Shown: piece after piece, positions 1 to 15,000 of the stretch
Layout: each line of letters opens with the position of its first letter
Position numbering within the stretch: the first letter of the stretch is position 1
Assembly: GCF_964204865.1 (NCBI RefSeq)
Contig: NC_135250.1
Coordinates: forward strand, 26,908,001-26,972,000
DNA from: Styela clava
Lineage: Eukaryota
Direction of reading: 5' to 3'
Length of the DNA stretch: 64,000 nt
Program-made: the position numbers and the translations under genes
The notes under the pieces: generated by a model
The model's database searches: none
What the model was told of the DNA's origin: nothing
Seen by the model: only the letters and a program-made list of their open reading frames with translations

Positions 1-3000
1 TCGTTTGTTTCTGTACAACCTTGTTAGTTTCCTCAGTGACACTTTTAATAGCCTGAAACAAGTAACCGATGATGAGTGTACCAGTAGTTTATTTACTTCT
101 ACATGAGAATAAGCTTGATGGCAGTGGCATTCTAAGAATCCACAGTTCCTTCCAAGGGTTTGGGCAACGCTGAACACGAAAGATTTTGAATAACACTATT
201 GACTAGGCCGAAGTGATTAAATAAAATGATAGATTGATAATAAAATAAAAAGGCAGGTCTCAAACTCTCAAGATCCATACCAACTACCGAGTTTTGATTT
301 TGATAGGTTTCAATAATAAGCCAACACATAAAAGAAAATACATTACAGTCGAATGATTTATCAATAAATGGTCAATTTACTTTAAATTAATGTAGCTATC
401 AAGAATGGCACTTAATGAAGGATTTTGCTAGTGGCCCACAGATAACTGACCTGCTGCCTCCTAAAGAAACAACTTTAAAAACCAGAGTATACACTTATAT
501 ATTAACGTCAACCACGCTGTGTAGATGAGAAGGACAACAATCCCTTCACAGATAAAAACACCCCCTCCTCAACATGCAACCCTGTTTTCCTTAAACAGGA
601 CAGTTAACATTTTTCTAATGCTTAGCAAAGGGGTTCACAAACATGTACCCCAGAGGTACAGTTCGATATTTCAAGGGGTACATTAGATTAAGTATAAGGC
701 TATTCTTTCTATAACTTCCAATTTGCCTTAAAACATTTTTCATCAGCTAGTTTTAATAATTCGAAGACCTGAGTTTAATAATCATTTACAAAGTCAAATC
801 ATCACATCATCAAGTAGAAGCTTCAACTACAACTACAGTAACTACCAAGTCCATAATCACAGTTCACATTTATTCGATTTATTTTGTTCAATCACAGCAC
901 ACAAGACATATCAGCAAATTTGGGAGTACACGAGCGAATTTATAAATTGTCCAAAGGCACTTACTACCAATAAAGAGAAAGTTTGGGAAACCATAGCACA
1001 ATAGACCAACCTGCTGTATCTTTGTTTCACTGGTTGAATAAAAGTACAAATTCAACGATTCATCTATTTGTTGTTGTCGTTGAGGAGGGATCCATCCTTT
1101 GGCTTCTGATGGTGCTGATGACTGAGATGTATAATAACTTGAAAATGCTGAAAATAAACATAGATTTTTAAATGGGTTTATTCAGAGTCAGAAATCCACG
1201 AATAGTAAGATGTGACTAGTGCTTAGACACCAATGAAACATATCAGAGGCTTGAGGAACTTCTGTGCAATAATTTTATTGTCTAAGTTGTATGGACCAGG
1301 GTTGTGCAACAGGCGGCCAGCAGGCCACAACGTGATCCGCAAAGTCATTTAGTGTGGTCCTTGTCAACACTTAGAATTTTCCTCATAAAGCATAAAATCC
1401 TCAAATCTGATGGTTCATGTTTAAATTGCTTTGTAAATTGCTTTGTTATTTTGCTCTTGTCTCTGCTTTAAACTTTTTACCATTTAGCCCATTACATTTT
1501 CTACTGTAAGGCTAATCGGTAGCAGTATCGTCTTTTCTGCTGATTTTTTTGTGTGGCCCAGCTAGATATCTGTTAGTTATATGGCCCACTGACAATAATG
1601 TTTTACACCCCTGGTATAAACCATAAATATATATAAGATAACCTAATAATGGTGGAACAAAACGAAATTTAGAGCCTTATAATATTGGCAAACCAAAGGT
1701 ATTTGATTACATTCAAACAACATACATATAGTGGTATAAACTCTCATACCTAAATGTGAACTTGCGAAACCCTAGATTGGTGTGATGGAACTCTTTAATG
1801 TCTTAAAGTATCCAAGTCAAATGGATTCAACATCAAAGTAATAACAAAAATATTAGCCATCATTTACTTTCATATATTCTTGTCAAAAAACCCTTTTTCT
1901 TTTTGCTGTCATTTATAATTGCGTCGATGAAGTCTTGCAGCATAATTTGATCATAAATCACAATGTTTATCTGTTGAAGATATCTTGGATTCGATCGAAC
2001 ACATTTTTCAATCGATGCTCTCATCACTGAACTAACTGTTGCGCTATCCATGTTGAGCTGTCCTAAATAAAAAAGAAATGACAGTTGGTAAATCACTTTA
2101 AACACATCAGGAATGTTATTTCAATACCATATGATTTATGTTTGGCGTGACTCATCATGCTGAGCGCTAAGGATACGCACCTCTGATTACTCTGTGTGGG
2201 TTCACAGGTTCGATTCTAATGCGGGGATAGTTATGCGTGAGAGGATTGCTAGACTCCTCGCTGCCGTAGGGTGGTTTGCGGAAACCGCTGGTCGGTTACG
2301 ACTTTCTCCAATATCAAATCCATGCTTCCGAAAATAAATACTTAAATAATCCAATACCTGACATGGAATGGTAAATGGACTATAGGCCTTGGTTTGAAAT
2401 ATGGTTAAGTTGTCTTATCAGCTTTCTTCTCCCTGGGATAAATATGTAAATCCTATCCTATGAGTTCAAAGTATTATTGTAATTTCATGTAGAATTTCTA
2501 AATATAGCACTAAAGAGTGAGTATTGAGACCATGCCATGCATTGATTGTACTTACCTGTTCCTAAAGCAGGAATGCTAACAGAAGAAAGTTGGCTTTTCT
2601 CCACAGCATCAAAAACCTCAACGAGTTTCTTTTCAAGATCTTTAGCATCAGTTGGTACCACCAAGTGTATGATCTGTCTGCAAGGTAAGTTTCCACTGGA
2701 AGTTATCACATAATAACCTTTTCCAGTAGAAGCTTCTATTTGGATTTGCTGGCCGCCCATTTGTAAGATTTTAGATGAAATCATTCCTAGAACGGATAAA
2801 TTCTTGTTTGTAATAAAACACAATAGATTTGTAATAGTAGAGAGCAACGTTTGGCATATCATTACAAACATTGGGAATATGGTTGTCATCGCACCTTTGA
2901 TCACCCTACGCAGTTCGAGTCTCATGCGGAACAATTATATGCAAGATGAATGCTGGGCTCTCTGCCATCGCACAGTGATTCATGTGACTACTGGTCAGTT

Positions 3001-6000
3001 ACAGTTTCTTTCACCATCAATTCAAAACAAATTATTGGCTAACCAATCCCATAGCGGGTATTGACAAGAAACCAGACGATAGGCCATTGTATGCCAGATG
3101 ATTGAGCCATTTAATCAGTTTCCTTTTCCTAAGATAACTATGAAAATCCTATTCTATCCTAACCAAAAAGGGTGAAAACTTGAAAGACTGGTTTGAATAG
3201 ACAATGAAAACCAGATTAAAAATATTTATTTCTTGTCTATTTCATAATTAAAAATGGTTTAAAATTTCAGCATTCGTACTTTTGTGTTGAAAACACATGT
3301 TAGATTACACAACAATGTTGTTATTACCCAAAGGGTTCAAATCTTATGTACCATGCACCATATTGCTAGTCGGAAACAAAAGGAGCTTTGTAATATATAT
3401 AAAAAAAAAAAATAATGGCACAATAGGAATAGAGTTAGACTTAACAATGTTGGACAATCGCTAGTCAAAGATCTCAAGTGCAAACCCCTTCAAGTGTATA
3501 AAATGGCAGACGATGCAAAACTGAAAAGATTCTGGTCATTCGAACCTACAGTAGCTGTTTATATATCAGTTTATATATCAGTGACGAAGAGATCATTTCA
3601 GAGCGGTAATTATTTAAATACTCTGTGTGAAAAATCTTTAGCCCCCACCTCTAGTAAGGTTAAAGTCTGAATGTACGCTGTTGACGATAACATCACAATT
3701 CTGAGTTGTTATGTCTCCTTGATAAACTGACACAACAACAGAGCCAAATTTGGCTGAAGATGAATTTATTATCTGATGGAACGAAGTGCTTGAAGAAGTG
3801 GGTGGATTGGAATATGATGGAGAAGCAGCAGAAGCCGATTGCTGGTTGAATTCAGTTGTGAAAGCCTGTATAAAAACAGTTTATATTGAATTGAGTCCAG
3901 TTTTACTGACATGTAATTTCACACTATAGTTCGTTATGCAGTGATTTTCAACCTTTTTAGGGGAGTGGAACCGCATTGAAACATATAGAAGCTCAAGGAA
4001 CCACTGTGCAATAGTTTAATTATCTTTTATGGTCTGAATTGGATAAACTATAAATAAATAAAATACTGGAGTGTAGCAAGTTTAAAATAATCGGAAACCT
4101 AATAAGCAATTGGTTATATATCAACAATACACATTTCTTAATTTAGACTCTTGGTTTTTAGTGGAACTTGCGGAACCCCCAAACTGTACTGGCAGAATCC
4201 TAGTAGAAAACCACTTATAACTATAACTGTGCTGATGAGTATCTGAGATAGCACGTCTTTTCGTTTGAGCAAATGTCTTTAAAAAGAAGATTTGTTTTCA
4301 TCAGTGAATAGTGAATCGAAAAAGAAAGATTACGTGTCTATAGAAATTAGATAAGATAATAGGGTGGATACAGTCGTATACACAGGACTTTGCTAGGGCG
4401 TAATCACTTTGAAGGTTTTTATGATAAATTTGGGGGGCAACGCCGTACCGGAAAGATTCCACTCATTCTAAATATAGTAGCTCGAACATATTGGTAGACA
4501 TAATTGGATGAATGAAAAAAAATAAGCGAAATGATTCATCTTAATATTCGAAAACTTCACTTACATTTATTACAGCCTGGTTTCCCGGATAAAGTAGAAT
4601 AGTTATATTCTGAATATTCGTTGCATTAAATTTCGATATTTGTGATTTCATCCATTTAGCTACTAATTGCGGTGGATGTTTGAATCCTCCAGTTGCAATT
4701 GCAGGAAAAACAATCGACCTGTAAATTCATAGTTTTTGAATAGTTATATTATCTGTTCTATCAAATTGTGTGCGTATTCACCTAGCACAGTGCTTCTGAA
4801 ATGATAAGACGTGCCCCACAAGGGGGTTTAGATTTGATCTTGCCCTTCTTATTTTGGAAATTCACATTTCTTCACCTACTATTTGTTATTTTTAGCATAT
4901 TGTTAGCTAGTTATTTTTGAGGTATGGCGCGAGGCTTGACAAATTTTTAAAAGAGGGCTCAAAAAGTTTGAAAACCACTGATCTAACAGCCTCGGGTCAA
5001 ATTCCATTTCCGAATTTCAAAGTGTTATTATTAATTATTATTATAATTTATTTATACCTATTACCCTACATTTGGGTAGTTCTTGAGCTGGAGTATACAT
5101 GACTGTCGAGCTAATTCCCACACCGATAATAATTAATTAAATCAACATGCTGGGTGTGATTTTTTAAATGGGTGCAACGACAATATGATTCGAGCATGTA
5201 ATTAACCTAACTATATTCACGTCACAAGGTAAACATTTCAGAATCAAATCCCATGAACCCCACCTCCCGAGTGTGTAATAAATTGTGTACGCAATGCCAT
5301 ACAGTGAAGATTCAGGAAGGACCCAATTTATTCCACCCAGGATAGGGTGGGGTTCATGGGATTTGAAGTATTATAGTTAAGTCTTAACACTTTAACCACT
5401 ACTATTCAAAATATATAAAAAATTAGGGCCTATTAATGCACTAATGAAATTATAATAAAAAGAGTGAAAATAGAAACCTGTATCCATCTCTGTCAGCCAT
5501 GTTTAATGATTTTTTCATCACTGATTTCACAATTGCTTCCGACGTATTTGCATCATAATGACCAACAATTCCATGATACAATCTCTGACATCCAAGTCCA
5601 CCTCCGCTAGTTTCAAACACTTGTCCCATGGATGGAGTATTTATTTGAGCACACTCTTGCTGAAATCATAAAAGCTATTTACAGTGATGGTAATACCTAC
5701 TGGTAAGTCGCAAATTAAAATTCGAAAAACAGAACTCATTTCAACTTCTGTTTGTGTATCATTGTATCCAAAAGTATCAGTAATCTGGTACACTTCGCAA
5801 AAAAGTTGGGTTCTCTCTAGAACAGTGGTTTTCATACGGTGGGACGCAGCCCACCGATTTGAAGGAGCGCATTCGCGATGAATTGGAGCCGGAAAAGTGT
5901 GATTACTCGACGCCAAGATGTCGCGAAAGACGTCGTAATATGGCGGCGGAAGAGTAATTGTGTAATAAACCAACGCAACCACTGCTTCAAAACATGTTCA

Positions 6001-9000
6001 AAATGACCTTGGTTCTCTTTTTTGGTCACCCTGTAAAATCAAAATTAAAACTTACAAGTACTGTCTGTCCAGCTTTTTTCAACAGAGCCTTTGATACAGC
6101 AGATCCGCTCATGTCAGCAACATATTTTGGAGGACTTATACTCACAATCACATCATCCTGTAATATGGAAACAAATTGTTGCTGAATCATTTATTAATAA
6201 ATTTTGGTGATGAACTCTCTATAAATGTCCTTGTTCACGCTGATGCCTCTTAACTAGCTACTTTTTATGTGACACGTATACCATTATTAACACCTTGCGC
6301 TCAGAACACAATACTATACCAGTAGCACTGTCTGCGTTATCCACATCTATTACTTAGGAAAAGGTCCTCCTGTGCGAGTTCAAAGGGTTGTCTACTGTGG
6401 GGGATTATTAGGTGCAACATAGCTAGACTCCACTCCATGGTAGGGTGGTCCACAAAACTATGATTGGTTACGAATGCTACTCCTATCTAGTCCATGCATC
6501 TGAAACAAATAACTGGTTAACTATTCCCATACTCGACATTAATTGGTAATTGAATGAAAGACCGTGGTTTGCCATATTATGATTAACTTATGATTTCCCC
6601 ACCCCTGGGATAGATATGAAAATCCCATCCTGAGATGGGATGGCGTCAGAATGAGAAGTTTGAAAATGAGTTTATCTATTACAAAAATGGGCGCTCCTGT
6701 AGTATGTATACCAATATGGCGGTAACTGATTTTGTTTGCCCATTTTACATCAAGTTGTGTAAAAAGACTGAAACCTTTGGGCGGGGGGTATATTCACTCA
6801 GCTAACACAAACAGTCCCCGAACTTGTAATAGAACTAAAATAAGGGAAATCGGAATAAAATTAGGGCGTAATCCTAACCTGATGCACATACTATTGGTAC
6901 CACATATATAACAATTTTATATCTATATATTTGTGCATCACTTTCTTATACTAAAACAAATCTTACATTACGTGCTGTGATATCTCCTTGCACCAATGAA
7001 ACATTGCATGAAGTATTTAAACTTGCAACCTGAGGTTGAGTATTTTGGTTAGGCTGGACCGTGGGGTTAGATTGGAAAGAATTATTTCCATGTTTCTTTA
7101 TATTCTTCACAAACTCATCAAGAATGTCTTGTTTGCTGTTTTCAACAAGGTCAATCTAAAAATAAATTAATAATCAGACTGTCGGATGAAATCTTATGAA
7201 AATACATTTGTGCTAGCGCACTCTTGAGTTGAATATAATATATAATGTCATTTTCATTTTTGCTACAGCAATCTTTCATTAAATGAATATGGATCTATTA
7301 GCGCAAAAGGATAAAGAAAGGATAGCAATTTAGTTTCAAGTAATCACATCTGATAGTTTCTATATTATGATTTGATATCCATCATAGCAGGACTGTTAGG
7401 ATAACCCAATCATATTATACCATATTTTATAGGTTCAACAAGCCGAAGAGAATCTGAAAATGAGGGGTTTTCCATATTATCACCCAATAAGTCAATGTAG
7501 AAAATTTGCATTTTTTTTAGCGTTTTGTATCCTATACTCATTTTATTCATCAGCTATGCACCAATGCACGCTCTTTCGTTGACTAGTTTTTCTAATATTG
7601 ATTCTATTTTACTCATCAAACCTACCTTAGTTATCACAGAATCAGTAGTATCTTTAAAATACTCTGCTATTGCTTCCAAAATTAATGGAATGCAGATTCT
7701 TGGATTTCCACCAAAGACTCCACAACTTATTGCTGGCATGGCTATTGACTTCAGTTGTTGGTTTTCAACTTCCTCAAGGGATTTTGAAACGCAGGCTTTC
7801 AACAAGAGAGACGGGTCACTTCTATCTGACTGAGAATCCCATCTTAGTGTAGAAAATAAAAATATATTCGTTTTGTTGAACATATTTTAGCTTGGCTGTT
7901 GGTGAATCGTGCAATGCATTACGAATACACTTGTCATTGCACCTTTGATTACCCTGCGTAGGTTGAAATCCCTTGGGATAGTAAAGTGCAAGAGAATTGT
8001 TCAACACTTCTTTGTCATAGGGTAAGTTATGCAATCGCGGGTCAGTTACAGCCTCGTTGACCATCAGGTGAACGCATCTAAAATGATCAACTCTCAGAAA
8101 TCATTAACTGCATATAAAGAGCCTTGTTTAAAGTCACAACTTTGTGAGAACTAGCATGAAATAGTAACCGGACGAGGGGTCATGGTTTGTCATATGATTA
8201 GGCCATCTTCTTGACTTCTCTCTGCCAAGAATATGCAATAAAAATCATATTCTATATTCACTTTACTTTTGTGCATTTCATTTACTTCTACGGGGGTTTC
8301 TTAATCTGCTTTGAGCAAATTTCCAAAATAACAACATCCACATACCTTGGACCAACAGCATGGACAATCTTTTTGCAAGAAGGTGAATTTCCAGCCCCAG
8401 TTAAAACTGCATCACCAGGCAGAAGGTTTCCACGGTTACTACTTATAATTCTGTTCATTTCTGTTTGAATTTGATTTCCATTTTTGACATCTTATTGTAT
8501 AGGAAATAGAAATAAAATAAACTTAAATAATATTATTACCAAGCATTTTATTCATCAATGCATTTTATACACTATTACCGGTAGTCATCATTCATTGCAA
8601 AACAGATATCGTCCCTGCATTTAGCAATAGTGGAACTAAGAAATTAACTGCTGAGGCAGTTTTTTCCCTGAGATGGATTTTCTAGCATGGTTGTGAACAT
8701 TAACAGCTGCTTGAATATTTTGAAAATGTGTGTTTCAACTCATGCCCTAATATGGCAAACACTCACTAAATGGATGTCAAAACTAGGCAATTGTCAATTG
8801 TAAAGTATTGGAATTAATTTTATGCTATTTTTTTTACCATGTTGGACCTACCTACTTAGTAGAACGGAATAGAAAATGCTTCAAAATAATTATTGTGAAA
8901 TTAAAATCATTACCTAAGTTTTTGATGACACCAGACACACCACCTGCCAACAACTTTAATTCTGGATTTGATGTGTTTACTATGACATCACAGGTATGCT

Positions 9001-12000
9001 TTGTGATGTCAACTTTCCAAACAGTCAAGGTCACTGATGAATTTGCCAAGGTCACAGAAGCCAATTGTTGTGTCCTTGTATTCTATGTGACAAGAAAATA
9101 AGAAGTTAAACAAAGTAATGTAAAGTAGCATTGTATTAGGTATGTGTTCTCATTATCGGGCACCCATCCTAAGCCTACAAGTTTGAATCTTGCAGAAGAT
9201 AGTTCTGTGCAAGAGAATTGATAGACTTCTTCATCGTCATAGTGAGGTGCATGTCACTGCCCACAGCCAGAAGAAAAGTATTTTTTGGTATACGGAATTC
9301 ACAACTAGGGCTGTCCAAAATCGAATATTTTTTTGCTTCGAATTGAACCAAATATTTTTCTCGAATCGAACCGAATAATCAAATATTATTGCGCAATCCT
9401 AAATTTGTCTCTAGTGTACAATAAAAACTTCCTCTTCAATATTGTGATAACGTATGTGCAGTTATATCTAAATTATTGCAAATATTTTGCATAACTACCT
9501 ATGTTTCCAGAGTTATAAAATGAGATCACAAGCCTCCTTGAACTGCCAAAAAAATTAGGGTTTTAAAAACTATCAAGTTTTAAGAGTTGGAAGTTGCACA
9601 GACTCTTTTAATGGTCATAGTTGCTATTTTAGTCCTATTATCATTAGTATTATTAACTCAATATTTTTTGTGTAATTTTCAGTAAAATGATAAACAACTA
9701 TTAATATAGATATAACTGTTGCCCAAAAAATTCAAAATTGCATCTCGGTAACTCACAAATTCAGAGCTAGTTTGATGACATTAATATTTGAAACAAAGTA
9801 TTGCCATTAGAAGAAATTACAAATTCTATTGGAAAAAGATATTGGACCTCCAAAACGTGTTTCAGTCCTGTACCATGTTCCTATGATTACTGACTCAACA
9901 GCTACAAATCGATAGAACTGGCGTTTTTGGCTGACACAAAATTTGCTTTTTTCTCCTTGTGTTCTCTCAAAAAACGTCATCTTTAAATCATTGTCATCAT
10001 TACCGATAACTTTTCATTTATGACCATGCATGGAATGGATAATTAGGTACATGTCACTGGGCAATAGGAGAGACCTTTTTACAGCAAAGAAAGCGATAGA
10101 AACATGTTTTTGCTTGCCCGGTGAAAAACGCGGTGCAAAGGTGGTCGTGAGGCGCATTATGTACCAAATTTTAGCGATTTGTAAATTGGCCGAAAAACGC
10201 TTCGAATAGTTTGCGATTCAATCTCGAATATTCGGTTCGCTTGGACAGCCCTATTCACAACCACTTAGTTATTTCTCCAGTCATCGTCTATTACTGAATA
10301 GAGTACTTTGCCAGTGATATCTAATGAAAAAAAAATAAATGAGGTTGTTTGCTGGTCTTTCCAAGGTTATGGATGATAGTTTACAGATTGTTTACAGATA
10401 GAAGTACTACCGGTAGTATCTGGATAAACTGCTGTCGCTGATTAACTATACATTAACATAGCCGATTTTTACACACTCACCGAAGAAGCAGGCCTTCTAC
10501 TTCTCGACCTTGGAACAGGAGCTTGCTGCCTCGCCTCTGGGTTGAATTTAACCCATTCCTCACAGAGGGGCGACATTAAAATGATACAATCATTCATTTT
10601 TTCAGTTGTTGATAAAAACTTTTTGCCTTTAGTTTGATAATATTCCTTAATTCCAGCGATGTTTAGATTGGTTGTCTGTTCAATCACTTGGTTTTGGAGA
10701 AGTGTTAGTGCCGAATGTGCTGTAATAATATCGTACATTAAAAGTTAAAATAGCACAATAAGATGTTTTTATATTTATTTTTGTGAAAAAGAGTGCTGAC
10801 AAGCTGAAAATAAAAAGTTGAGAAGAAGCCTAATAATATGGTTCGACACATGACGCATCACGCCATACATTATGAATGTGCTTGTCATCACAACTGATTA
10901 CTCTGTACGAGTTCTTGGGTTCGAAACCTGTAAACCTGTGGGGTATATTTATGTGCAAGGGGGTTGCTAGACTCCTCCCCACCATAGGGTGAATCACGTG
11001 GACTGCTGGTCAGAAATGGATACTTCATTATCTAGTCCGTGCCTCTGAAAAAAAAACTGGCTAACGAATCCCATACCCAACATGGACTGGTAACCAGAGG
11101 AGAGGCCGTGGTTCGCCATATGATTAAGCCATTTAATCTGCTTTCCGTTTTCTGCAGGGTGAATATGTAAATCCTATTTTCCTAATATTACTTAGAAGGA
11201 CCAAAATTTTCGCAGTTTGGCATTGCCAACCCAATTTATTACAACTTGGGTGAAGTGGGGGCATGAGACTTGAAGCCCAGATGTGTAATTGCGTTGCTAA
11301 CAGAGTTAATTATAGCACCTTAACCCTCTGGCCATCGCCACCACTTAAAACTTCCCTGTTTCCCTCCTGCAAAAAAATCTTACCATCTTCAAGTGGTTTT
11401 CTTTTTCCTTCAATACATAATCCACCTCCATTTTCAGGAGTCAAACTACATTTTATTGATTTCTGTTTGCATTTCTCCATAGAATATTCTTCAGATCTTT
11501 CCACGATAAATTTTGCTTGTCCATATTTCATTGTAATATAAATGCACTTGATTGAATTTTCATCCAGAAATGAGTTGACTTTGTTCTTCAAAATTCTTAA
11601 TTCTGAAAGTTCTGATACTAATATGAGACTTTGATTGGGCTGAAAAAAGAACATAAAAATCATTTTAATAGAAATTCTAGGTCACTGCTTCTCAACTTTC
11701 GTCATTTATGGCATGTTTCCAAAGATTGCCATTGCTTATAGCCCTCTGCTCTTCTATCAAAATACCTAGTTTTCTTTTCGGTTATTTTATCCCATACGTT
11801 AATAATGAAAAGCCAACAAATTATTGTGAAAGAATAAATGCATTATGGTGAAATAATTGTAATAATCATAGTCAATAAATGTAGTGATTGAGAATGAAAC
11901 CTACTGACTTCTTTCGATATAGCCTTCGGAGAACTGGATAAGATTTACATATTTATCCCAGGGGAGAGGAAAGTGATAAAACAGCTTAATTATATGGCGA

Positions 12001-15000
12001 ACCACAGCATCCTCTTGCACAAAATTAACTGATTTATGGTCTAAATTAATTTCAAAAGAATTGACTGTGGTTTGTTCGATACTTCAACTGTAAAACATTC
12101 ATTCTATTGCTTTTTTTTAGTTTTTATTATTAAACGTGGCACATGCATTAACTAATAACAATGCACTAAAAGCAAAACTATACATTTTTGTAGGAGCAGG
12201 TGGCAAGTGATTCTTTAAAAGAGGGTAAAGATCATGAACATGGGAAAACACAACTGGGTTTGAACCTGCTACATCTAACCAGCATATTATTCGATACAAA
12301 TTTTCAACAGTGTATTTTCCACCTACTTTTATATAAAGTCCGTATATTCCAGATTTTTTAAGATTTTGTTGAAATCCTCTCCATGCAGGAGATTTCACCA
12401 GACTTGATCCAGATTGGTCTGTTTTTATTGTTTCCGTGGCAACCATTTCTTTGATAATACGAATGGTTTTTTTGAACTCGTCATCTGACCGACTTCTCAA
12501 ACAAAGCTCGTCATCATCAATTCCGAGAGAAGCTGTAAGTAAACGAGTTGCATGATATGATTTTCATGTTTGTTTCATGGAGGGGAACGGGCAAAATTGA
12601 AAAGACAATACCCGCGCCCTCATAATTGGGACTAGAACCCACACAGCGTAATCAGAGCTTTGATGGCAAGTGCGTTCGCTAACGTTTGCAAAGCATTATT
12701 TCATTTTATTTACGAAGAAGACCCTTATAATACCAGCATGTACGGTATACAATTTCATATGACATGTACTATAATTATATTATCATTTGTTTGTAATTTG
12801 AATAATTATTTCATTGTGTCAGCTATTTGTATTTATCTATTATGTTAATATATGAACACAGTCAGTGTTAATGAACAAATTTATATACTCTCATAGTGTA
12901 TGTACCAGGTTAGGGTTAGGCCAATATTTCAATGCGATTTTCCTTATTTCAGTTCTATTACGAGTTCAGGACCTCCCTGTGTTAGACAAGTGAATTTCCC
13001 CCCTGCCCATATGTTTCAGTCCCTTTATACAACTTGATGTGAAGTAGGCCAGCGGTTCCCAACCTTTCTACCCTGGTGGACCGGTAAAATTAGACTAAAT
13101 GTACTCGCCGACCGGCAAAAAATTGAAATGGCCGGAACAGAAAAAAATACCATATATCCGCGTAATATAACGCAATGTCGGGCACTCAATATACTTCTAG
13201 ACAAAAAAGCACACTTAAAAACATTTCACACGCCCAAATTTAATAGTATTATATTTACAGTATAACCACCGATACCTTTGATGTTATCGATCTTCAGTTT
13301 GTCTTGTATTTTTGATATAACGATGTTAGACTGAGATGCTGATTCCAATAAATATCTAACTATGCTCTCATCTACATCTGATAATTTTCTTTTTTCAACA
13401 GTCTGTTATGAAATGAGGAATTTATTGGTTAATCAAATGTCAAGAAGAGAATTGGATTGATTTTTATCCTGTAAATATATAAAGATGAAAAGAATTTGTA
13501 TGGAAATCCAATCACTAACTATTGTCTTGATACAATGGTAGTTTATATATGTTAATACGCAGTTCATTTTCAATGTTCCAGATGCATTGATGGGCTTCCT
13601 AACCCAGTATAGTTTTTTTAAAAACCTTCTTTCTGTAATTTGAATATGAGTGATTTTTATGGCTTAAAAATTTGACTCAGATATACGTAAACTCAAGTAA
13701 TGTTTTTACAGTTTATTTTCATATATTATCCAGGGAAGAGCAAAACAGTAGCCATTTGGACCAAACAGTAACTGGTACAAACTTGTTAGTTTCACTAAAC
13801 ATGGGCCTACAGCCAGAATAGAGGATACAATAGGAACGTCTTATTTTCACTATCAGACACTTGTATTTGCATATAATTAGTAACTTTTTACATTTAATGA
13901 TGCACGGGATAAAACAGATAGTAAACCTTGAGGGCTGCAGAGCAATATGTCAAAGCACCATGAACAATGTGCTGTGGCCAGTTGAACAGTTGAAAGTATT
14001 GGTTTGATACAGCTTCTCTTTAAATTTTTCATTTTAATGGTAGCTATGTCCACTTCAAACCAAATTTAAACCTATTTAAATTCTAGTATATTAACATTAC
14101 TGGTATTGCAAACTGTGTGTATCACCCAGACTAATTCTCCTCCGGCTAATAAGAAGTATTATATTATATTCCAACAAAGCAATTGAAAAAAATAAGAATT
14201 ATGTTATGCTACCCTAACAAATATTAAAAAATTCATAACTAACATTCAATATAGTCAAAGCATCAATTTGAATCCTTGAAACATCCACTTCAGGTCCCTG
14301 TAATGTCACACTGTGCTTTGCATCATCTAGTTTTAATTGTACTTTCTTATGCTTAGCTTGAAGTTCGGACAGTATTCCGCAGTTTGTAAGAATTCTGTCA
14401 ATAGAGTAGAATAACATGGCAAATGGATTAAACAGCCCAAATAGAAGAATTGAACAGCCCTAATTTAATAAAGTTACTTCGTAAAGAGGAACGAGTGTTT
14501 AGGAGTTGGTTGAATGGTGGACTTTGCGATGCTTGCTTGGAAAATGAAACCTCAAATACTTTATAATTCATTGTCCCCACTACAACTTCCCAAGATCATT
14601 TTTATTTAACCATTGGAAGGAACTGAATATATCTCCTGTAATAATATCAATTTGTTTACATACTTTTCGCCGCTTTTGCGCTTCTGTTCAATTCAACCAG
14701 AATTGCATTAAGATTAATATTTTTTGTTAAAAGAACGAGTTCTTTACCCATCAAATAATTAGAAACAGGGGCAGTTTTTTTAATACCAGAGTCAGAACCA
14801 TGGGTATATATTTTTTAATTCCTAAGTCGAATTTTCAATTTCCACCAAGTCACAATTTCAGATTTCTGCAGTCAAGGTTTGAAAATAAAACAAATTTTCA
14901 TAGTCATACGTTTATTAATTAACCAAACTCTGGAATGGAGTCTATTCAATAAGACAGATTTATTTCAAATCAAGAATAATCAGTTTTATCTTTGAATTTT

